Shown here: one piece after another, positions 54,701 to 64,000 of the stretch | Layout: each line of letters starts with the position of its first letter | Numbering within the stretch: the stretch's first letter is position 1 | Source of the DNA: Auanema rhodensis | Taxonomy: Eukaryota; Animalia; Nematoda | Assembly: GCA_964057225.1 (NCBI GenBank) | Contig: OZ059899.1 | Location: 8,556,001-8,620,000 of the forward strand | Length of the DNA: 64,000 bases | Direction of reading: 5' to 3' | Translations under genes and position numbers: made by a program | Notes under the pieces: model-generated | Database searches by the model: none | Told to the model about the DNA's origin: nothing | What the model saw: only the letters and a program-made list of their open reading frames with translations

Positions 54701-57700
54701 AAACATTAGGTAATTTCCTTTTCATTATTAACTCCAGATAGAACAAGTAAATGAAAAGAAAATGGTATTATTGATTTTTGCTTTCGGCTAAGTTAGTCTT
54801 GGTAATCGTTCATAAAATCATCGAAGAGGAAGGAATACTTCCGCTCCGCCTTTTTACGGCATACTACATGCCACCTCCTGTTAGCTGTTAACCCGGGTTC
54901 TAAATATGGATTAATGCATTATAATCGAAAAGTTTTACCTTTTGTCTTTGTGTTTGCCTTTTGTTTTTACATGTTTTCCTACTTTCACCTTTTATATTTA
55001 TATCTCACAATGGCATTCTTCATTATGTCAAATTGGCCTATATTACTACCAAAACTAGGTTGATACCACTACCGGATTTTAGGATTATATTCGAACCTTC
55101 TAGTTAGCAGTGCTATTTGACGGTTTTCTGACAACTGTCTGCTTTACTTCTTCATTGATTTTATGCTTGTTCCGGAAATTTGTCCATTTCATTGCCTATT
55201 CTAAGAGACCTCGTATTGATCTACTTTTAAATGGTTCGAGTCACCTTAATTACTCATATGGTTGCTCTAATTGTTCTCGCTATAGACTCACAACTACAGG
55301 CTGTTGCTCTGAAGCTTAAATTGTGCTTCGATTTAGCAACGTGTCTACCTCACATGTAGAAGATAGCTCTATTTTCAACTGAAAAATTCAACCTCTTCTT
55401 TTCTTGATTCGCTAGCCCAGTCATTCGTTTTCTGTTCGATTGTGGATAACCCAATTTCGGATGTTTGCCTATTGCATGGCTCCTCTTGCCTCTGAGAGAG
55501 CCGTATCAAATATCTTGCTATAACAAAATGTGTGCGATGCACGTTGTTTTCCTGCAGACTGCTTCGACATCGTTGCTAGTTCACAAGACCCAATTTGTTC
55601 AATAATGTGGTTAACTTTTGACTTGGGCATTCCTTTTTCTAATTTTGTACTTGGCTATCATCACATTTCATTTTCTAATCTTTTTTTCTAAAATCGATAG
55701 TCATTCTCTAGTTTGCTCAAGTTATTTTAGCATCAAAAAACAAAATTCTCCGGTACTCCTTAAAATTATTTGAACCAAGCTAGTCAGCGTCATTTTTTCT
55801 TGAAGAAAAGATCGGAAATGCTTACTGGTCGGCATGCGGGTTATCGAGCTTTGGGTCATAAGCCTGCGTTTTTTCAAAGGTGTGAATGTTCTATCCGGAG
55901 TTATAAATAAAACATTTATTATTTACATTTGACCATTTTCTAGGGTTGTTCTTGGTTTAAAAATTGACAATCATGACCGAGGGTTCAACCAAGGTATTGA
56001 ACCTCCAGCATTTTTGAGTTATGATGCGGATACTATTGATCCTATTCATGCCGTTGAGAATGCTGATGAATTAGGTAATTTTTCTCCGTGTATATTTTTT
56101 AGTATTCTATATTTCAGTGGATATTCAAGACGCTTTTGAATCTAAACCTGATCACCAGCCACCTCCGCGCCCTACTCCTCCAGCTCATGGTTTAAAACCT
56201 AAATCCACTGTCCCACCTACCACAGATGATTTCTTCAACTCGTTAGACTGGCAGACTCCATCGGGAGGAAGACCTTCTGCCGCTAGTTTTCCTTCATCTA
56301 GCGCTAACAATGAGTTGGCAGCAGACATAGTAACTATTCATCATAAATTGCTTTAAACAATTGTCTTTCAGGATTTATTCGGTGGTTCTTCCGTTCCCGT
56401 TCAAACAAAATCTACACCACTAGATGGAACAATGATTGGAGGAAAGAAAATGGATACTGCTGAAGCTTATGAGCGAATGTATGGTATTAGAGTTGGAAAG
56501 GAAGAAGTGGACGATGATTCTGATCAGTACAAGTATGAAATTTTTGGTGAAAACTTTTCTTTAATTTTTTAAATCAGATTTGATTACGAAAAGGAGACTC
56601 CAATTTTGGGAGGTACTACCTCTAGACCGAAACCACCAACCTCGGAGTTTGATTTATTAGATCTTGGATGTATGTATTTTTGTCTTTACAACTAAACAAA
56701 TTTTTTTTAGCAAAGCCAACTTCTGAAAAACCTAGTAATGCGATAAATGATCCATTTGGTGATTTCCTTAGTTTTGATTCAAAAGCTACCTCAGCAGCGA
56801 CAACCACTATCAATCCAACAGAGCAAGATCCTTTTGGTGATTGGACATCCTCTTCTACTGGTATATAGGGTGGCTGTTTCAAATAACGAACAGAATTTCA
56901 GATAATGCTCAATCGATACATCGAAATGTGTCCGCTCCCAATTTCCCACAAACAAATGCTTCAACGAATCTTGATCCTTTTGCTGATTTCTTAAATGCTC
57001 CTCTGAGTTCTAGTCAGCCTGGCAGCAAACAAGGTGAGGAATGCTATATATTATTTTAAAAGTTTGATTTAGGGTCGGCTACTAATAGTGGCACAAATAC
57101 TCCTAAACCAGCCAGACCCAATTATAGCCGTTCAGCATTTGACAATTTAAATAGTAATGCTGGTGTTGCTAAGCCTAAGGTTACTGCTGATGCCTTTGGA
57201 GATCTGCTGAGCAGCCAGGTAGTTTTCTTTTGTAGATATTTGCTTGATCAATATGCTTTAGGGTTTCACTTCTACCTCCACTAAAAATGCTTCCCGAACT
57301 ATTGGTGATTTGAAACGTGCAGACGAGATAAGAGACATGGACCCTATTCAAATAAAGGTTTTTGTTTTTTATTATGTTAGCTTGAAATATATTATTTGGC
57401 GACTATTCCAGATCAAGGATTGGACTAAGGGAAAAGAAAAAAATATTCGAGCTTTGCTCGGGTCATTGAATGACGTCCTTTGGGAAGGAGCAGACAGGTG
57501 GCAACAACCAAATATGGGAGAATTATTAAGTGCTTCAAATGTCTGTTATTATATTCCACTTTCGTAGTTACTTCTTAACGTTTGTAGGTAAAGAAATGGT
57601 ATAGAAAAGCATGTCTCGTTGTTCATCCTGATAAACTAACTGGAAAAGCTGAGGTTTGTGATTTTTAAACTGCTGAATTGTTTTGAAATTTTCTTTCTTT

Positions 57701-57799
57701 ATTATTACTATGTTATAGGAGGAATTAGCGAAAGCAGTATTTACTCAGCTTAATGAAGCATGGACCGCATATGAAGAGAGTGGAAGTCCTTCCCTTTAA
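51765..57799 (+). CDS. GAK: Cyclin G-associated kinase/auxilin: NAK kinase + PTEN-like + C2 + clathrin/AP-binding region + J domain
   Basis: Kinase motifs LAEGGFAVVF, ALKR, THRDMKVENLL, KLCDFGS, TTPMYRAPE and HPFEDSAKLRIVNAKY. C2-like RMRTGCRPFAEIY. DPF repeats. J-domain WTKGKEKNIRALL and YRKACLVVHPDK. Confidence 0.95.
54729..55903 (+). repeat. 17-bp inverted repeat (1 mismatch) closing the 1234-nt GAK intron
   Basis: TAACTCCAGATAGAACA (54729-54745) versus TGTTCTATCCGGAGTTA (55887-55903). Confidence 0.85.
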
Positions 57800-58376
57800 G
57801 CTTAAGTTTTATTCCAAATATGGTATAGCTAGTCCAATTACTTTAACTATCAACCATTTGAAATACAGAACTTGAAATTCCATTTAACCTTTTCTGGTAA
57901 CTTTTTATCTCTTTTTTTTGTGATATTTTTGTGATTTCTTATTTATTTTCCACGTTCAATGCCATGCAAATTCTCTTTACAACATTTTTCTTTTGAATAT
58001 CAATATTTTCTCAAAATCTGTATTTTTTTTCTGTTCAATTTATTTCCATCTTCGAAGTCGTGTTTTGTTTTCAATTTTAGTTCTCTCGAACATGTTTCCG
58101 GGTATTACCCATATAATTATCGTTTTGTATCACTGTACGATTTTTCTACTGTATTAACCAAATCGAAGAACATAAAGTTTTATGCTTTTAACCTTTTTCC
58201 TAAGCAATTAATGTATTTATTGAATGTTAACTGGAATGGATCCAAGAGGACTTCGTAATCTCCTGGAAAACAGAGAATAAATGAGAGAGGTTGACCTGTT
58301 TATCCCCTCGCCCCAGATATCACCATCTGGTTGTAGACTAAAGCATAATCTTTGATATTTTACAAAATATTGAAGC

Positions 58377-59138
58377 ATGCTCTTACCTTGTCTTTTAATT
58401 TACGCTCTAATTGTTGTTAACGCTCGTCTACCAAATAATGTGTACACACCTAATGCCGAATGTCAATTTGAAGTTCGTCGTGATGGACCTGATGGACCTT
58501 TAGTGACAGGTATATTCCTTGTTTCTATTTAGATTCTGACTCATAAGCTTGTTTCTTAGGTGCTGAAATTGATATGAAGCTATATTATAGTATTAAATGC
58601 AAGCAAATTGATGGCTACTGCTTGAAAGTGTCAAACTGCACAGTTAGCCCAGATGATTCATCAAGCAGTGCTTATCCAATTATTGATTCTGATGGATGCT
58701 CTTTAGAAGAATCTTTGTATGAACATGTTCAGGTAAAAATTTCTTAGGTAGAAAAGTTCTAAATAAAGATTGAAGCGAGCTGAAAGTGAAAACAGACATT
58801 CAAAGTCAATTGATTACAGAAGTTATTGTGCGTCATTCGTTTAGAAATCTTACTAAAAAATTGTTTCTTCTCGGTGAACCAGTGAAGTTCAGAAACCTGA
58901 GATAAAGTAGTCTGTGAGCTTGCTTCTCAAACTTTATCAAGAACTTGAAGAATTTCTCACGATGAGACATGACTAATTGAAACTTTTTCAGTATTTGAAC
59001 GACTTCACTGCTGGTATCGTTAATCCTTATCCTATTCGGTTCAGAAGTTCATCATCAGCTGTGCTATTGTACTGCGCCACATCTCTTCAACCAAAGGAAG
59101 GAAAGAAATGTTCTCGAACATTATGTACAGAAGAATAA
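58377..59138 (+). CDS. Small secreted protein made of a signal peptide plus a cuticlin-type ZP-C subdomain, 3 exons
   Basis: MLLPCLLIYALIVVNA signal, then CQFEVRRDGPDGPLV-GAEIDMKLYYSIKC...YCLKVSNCTV...IIDSDGCSLEESL...IRFRSSSSAVLLYC...CSRTLC. The cysteine pattern fits the cuticlin ZP-C half. Confidence 0.75.
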
Positions 59139-61813
59139 AATAATTTTATAGCCTCATAAAAGTTGAATTTTATAATATTCCTATTCCTAGTACGACTGTT
59201 GTACTGTAGTTGTCCAATTTACTTTTAACTTTCAAAACGCTATTCAGCCTGAAAAGGGTAAACCTTCTGTACACGAGAAAGCTTGAGGATCGAGTTGAAG
59301 GAGAAAAGTAGTGTAATGGATAGAGACACTTGAAGTGAAAGAGAATACAAGGATTGAGGAGGACAGCCCATGGTTCCCCTTATTCAGGAACGTGTGATCT
59401 ATTGAATATACGGGAAAGTGTCATGCTTCGTAAAGAGAAGAAGACATATGGGAACATTTGAGAGAACGAATAGCAACTGTATTTCGACTGGTCTTCGCTT
59501 GAAAATTCTGAAGATAAATTGCACAGATTCCATTGTTTGTCTCCTCTCTCCCATATCAGGTTCACAAAGTGTGTCTTTTCAATTCATATTTGAGGCTTTA
59601 ACGCCTTACGGCAAATTTTTATTTCAACCCATATTTTCTTGAGTTCATCTGTGTGGTGTTCATGTATTCGTGATGCGTGATTTTTGATAATTTCTGTATT
59701 AACAGAGAATATCTAAAATTGTTTGCTTTTCCTCCTCTGATCAGAACCTTTTAAAGCCAGCCAATTGCGTTTTCTTTAAGGATTCAAAGGCGCAGCAAGG
59801 TCATGGCCTGTCGATGACCATCTATCTTGTGGTAACTCGGACTTAGCCTCGTACGGCCTACTGCAAGAGACCTCGACGTCGTTTTCGTCCTATATAACTA
59901 AAGACAACCCAACTGTTTGTTTCCTTTCCAAGAAACATCTCTATCTTTCTATTCATGTTATATATCGTTTTTAGTTTGTCTATATGTTTTCAATTTCCGA
60001 TTCATTATCGCAATAGTTTCTTATTGGCCGCTAATTTTAAGCGAAAACTAAATTGTTACTTTTCATCTTAAAAATTCTAATTTCAATTTGTATTGAAGTT
60101 GGCTTCATAACAGTTTAGCTGATAACCATAAGGGTATCATTCTCTAAATGACCTGTAATCATATCATTAGCATATCCATTGTTACACGTGAATCTGGTTC
60201 ACGTGATCGGATATCAATCAGTGTGAGAGATAGTTTTCATGTGACCTAAGATGAACGGTTACATTCTAGATTTCACTTTATTCTTCTCAGATATTCTTTG
60301 ATTATCAAACAGTCGCAAAAAATATATCAAGGTTTTTAATGACAAAATTGACAGAATAATAGAAAATGAGGTACAACTATCATCAAGAACAACCAGACAA
60401 CTAATAGTCCTAATAGTTTCAAGATCCAGATAAAATGGAAAAAAGGAATCATAATCAAGAGAATACCTGTTAGCTCGTATTGGGTTGGCGTAGAGGATAA
60501 CCATTTCTTCTTTGTCAATCTAGTTAGGCGCTCATCCTCCATCTCTCTATCTTTTCAATTCTCTTTTCCTTTTTCAATATCATCATTCATCTGATACAAT
60601 ATGATAATTGCTATGTGAAAATAGTTGAGGTAAACTACATGCGAAAAATGATATATAGAGAGAGATGAGGTAAACGAGAACAACTTAGAGAGAGACAGAG
60701 AAAATCGGCGAAGTATAATTCTTCTCTTCATTTCTGCCTGAATTTGTCTTTATGAAAAAAAATTTTGTTGTATATGAGCGTATGTCGAGAATATGGCACA
60801 AATCTATCGTTTCCTCCCCAACTAATACTCTATCCTCTTTTCAATAGTTTTTTTTCATCTTTTCTTTGTTGAAAAAATTCTATCTAAATATAGTTCTTTG
60901 TCCTATTTTCTTGTTAAACTCGAGATTTTCATGCAGAATATGATTCTTTCTCTTCAAACTATGTTTCCTCAACATAACCAATCGAAAAAGCTTTTTTAAC
61001 TTAAAAAAAAAGATTTTGATGAAAAAAACCAGTTGTTACAATTTTTTATGTCGAAAATCTTGTAGGCAATGATCAGTTCTTTATTCTTTATATCTTTTTT
61101 GAATTGTTTTTCTAAAATGGAACAAGTCATTTCTGTTAATTTCGAGAATACTTTCCTCGTATATTAAAATTGTTGTCTTTTTTCAATATCACTTCAAACT
61201 TGCTAATCTAGATATACGTTATAGTCACTTCTTGAACTTCAACTATCATTAAGCATAAGCATAGTTTTGAAATTAAATGATTTAGAAGTATGATGTACTT
61301 ATCAGCCAGTTTGCTTTTTTGGTAAGATATCCTTGCATCGATGACGCATCATTTTTGTTTTCTCTCATATCTGATGTTATCTTAATGTCCAAAAACTGAT
61401 TGAAATGATTTATTTCATAAAATTGATTATTATCATCATCATTGATATCATTTTATATTTATATGAATTCCTTTATTTTTTTCAAACTGTTGTTTCATCT
61501 TTAATTTAATTGATGTTTAACTTAAATATATAAAATCTTTAGTGAATCAAATATTTCCTGTTCACTACTAATTATTGTTCCTTCGTTTCTGTATGTTTGT
61601 TGAAGCTACATTTTTCAAGGCCCAATTAGAAACTGGATTAAGGCTTGATTACGAATTCTATTAAGTTCTGCCAAACTATCTCACTAACTAAGTAGAATTG
61701 AAGCGATCTCTGTTTTCTATCTGATATTACTTTAATCATTTTAGTTTCTCGTTATTATAAATTAAATGTTTTATCTTACTTTATTCTGAAATATATGTTT
61801 TCTTTAAGTTCAA

Positions 61814-63627
61814 ATGCGATGGTTACATATTACTTGCTTTGCTATTTTATGTTTGAATATTCAAGCTGAAAGAGTTAAACGTCAATGTAAGTTCTTCTTT
61901 AATCTTGATTTTCTTTGAAAAAAAAAATAAAATTTTCAGTTTCTATTGATGATCTCATTAGCCGAGCTTTAAATCTTGTCAGACCTATCTTCGACACATC
62001 GCAACCTCTTCAGAATGATGAAATGCTAAGAAAACCTGTAAGACTTTATAAAGTGCAGATAAAAACCTTTTTCTAATATTATAGCTTGATTCTTCACATG
62101 GAGATATAAGAGAAAATGCTATACTTGGAGCTAGGCGTTCCTCTCTTCTTGATGATATTCCGTTATGCAAAGGAAATAGCAGGTGTGTAAGACGAGTTAA
62201 ATATGATGCTTATGCTTATTTGCTTTCAGAATTTGTCAATTCATATCTTGTTCAGCTGAAAACTTTAAAAAAGATCCGGCTTTCGGAAACATCCAATTGG
62301 GAGTTCAAGTATTAGGAGATGCCAAGCTTCGTAGTGCTATTAGCAGGTAATCCATTAAAACAGATTTTGTATTAACTATATGAAAGCCAAATATATCAAT
62401 ACGTTTAAAGTAATCCTGAAGCAATCACAGCTGTTTGTAAAGAACAAGGAATGGATGAAAATCAATGTAAATTATTTTCAAAAGGATTTCAACTTATTGA
62501 CAGGTAATTGAATTTCTTAAAGCAAATAAAAATATCCCATATGGTCATTTATCATATCATTTACCTTTTGTAATACTTATACTTCATTAGCATTTTGATT
62601 TTTTGAAATAATCTTGTATCGTATAATATATACAAATGTTTTACGTCAAGGATATATCAATTAAATGCCATTTAGATACGGTTGTATATTTTCGGAAATC
62701 AATACTTATTTATTTTATTTAGATTTATAACAACTATTGAAAAACCTGCGGACCATGGCGTCAAAACTGTTCAATCTGAACCTGTTCCAATTCCTATTCA
62801 GAAAGATCCTGAGGTATAGTTTTTCTATAAATCAACCTTGTGCAATATTCATATTTTCAGCCGATGGATGATGAACCTGATTATGATTCGATGACATCAG
62901 CAGCCACAGCTAGTGCTCCAGGAGCCTCTATAAGCGGAGGTTCCAAAACATGGGGAACAGGACAGAATCAAAATAAAGGTAAGTGTCTTAGGCTTATATG
63001 CAAGTATATGTTTCTATAGGTCAACTCATGGAGCTACAGAATGATTTAGTGGCTAGCCTCACTCCTCCACCATTATGGGGTTTAGTTCCACCTGTAGTTC
63101 CATTTACTCCTCCAGCACCACCTACTGCGCCACCTCTTGCATTCCCTACTGTACCTTCCTTCATTCTTCAACCGTTACATAACTTGGAAAAATATTTTTC
63201 GACTGATAAATACGGTTTAGGAACAGCTGATCAGTATAAAGTAATTGAAAATTTTTAATGTAATCATTGACCTTTTTATTTGAAGGTTGTTGAAACCAAT
63301 TCCATTACCCGCCTTAAAAGATCATCTCCTGATTTTTATGAAGACGATACTGTAGATCGTGTTAGAGAAAAACGAGACTACTATGACGAATTAAGTACTG
63401 GAGGGCACAACAGTGAACTGAAAGGTTTTATTCAAGCTAGGAACTGAGTTTTTAATTTTTTTTTTCCAGAGTCATCGGGAAATACTCCAATGTCTAAAAA
63501 GGCACCACCTAGAGGACGTGATGATGATTACTATGGAGGGATTGAGGAGGAAGAGCCTGATAGTACAAGTCCACAACCCCAAAATGGTTTAAGAAATTGT
63601 GTAAACATTCTTGGAATCATCAACTAG
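61814..63627 (+). CDS. Secreted nematode protein with a Cys-containing helical domain, Pro-rich region and RxKR sites
   Basis: Signal MRWLHITCFAILCLNIQA then ERVKR. Spliced exons give IPLCKGNSRICQFISCSAENF...AVCKEQGMDENQCKLFSKGFQLIDRF, PPAPPTAPP, TRLKR, VREKRDYYD and the end CVNILGIIN*. Confidence 0.75.
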
Positions 63628-64000
63628 TACTCGAATTAGAAAATATAATCAATTAATTCAGATATAACTTGATATTTCTTTCAGTTTCAAACTTTTTAAA
63701 TCAAAAATATTTTTACCACCTTATTCAAAATTTGGACTAGGTATTAAGCTTCTGGCTTCATTAGCCAACTTTGTTCATATGTATCTTAATCTGTTTTTTT
63801 TTTAATATTTAAATTGAAAATTCTGAGAATTTTCATTTCGGTGGTTTGAAACTGTATCATTTTGAAAACAGCGGGTTGTAGTTATTTTACACGAATTTGT
63901 TAATGTATATGATCTATTATATATATATAAATATATATATAAATAATAAAGAAATTGCATATTATCTTTTGAAAATATTGGACACGAACTTTCATTCCCA

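Noticed and set aside
55233-55242. tRNA gene around the B-box-like GGTTCGAGTC
   Set aside because: No acceptor stem, D-arm or anticodon arm can be built around it.
54710-55943. Intronic telomerase RNA in the long GAK intron
   Set aside because: It is structured and has ACA-ended hairpins, but there is no template of more than one repeat for TTAGGC. The best match is TAAGCCT, buried in a stem.

Overview
This is eukaryotic DNA, not bacterial. It is an AT-rich, gene-dense segment of a rhabditid (clade V-like) nematode genome with many tiny introns of about 37-55 nt, so the supplied ORF track mostly shows exon fragments. I assembled about 15 spliced genes by eye. In order: a partial Pro/Ser/RGG-rich gene (-); a probable four-gene operon NUDCD1 - fah-1 - RPP30 - TRMT10C-like (+); a large phostensin/taperin/javelin-like candidate with an alternative first exon (+); an SLC35F-type transporter (+); a nematode multi-pass membrane protein (-); a 40-aa single-pass microprotein (-); a four-domain cathepsin A-like serine carboxypeptidase with a GPI-like tail (-); sft-4/SURF4 (+); galactokinase (-); UTP18 (+); full-length GAK/auxilin (+); a ZP-C-only secreted protein (+); and a secreted protein with multiple furin-type sites (+). 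The most striking signal is intron architecture. Splice signals are very degenerate (AAG and GAG acceptors, GTT/GTC and one GC donor) while short-intron length is tightly constrained. Most of the longer introns I inspected carry nested inverted repeats that would fold them back to an effective length of about 50-70 nt. This suggests length-measured splicing with structural compaction of long introns. Exon boundaries and stems were read manually, with no folding or database search, so they need computational confirmation.
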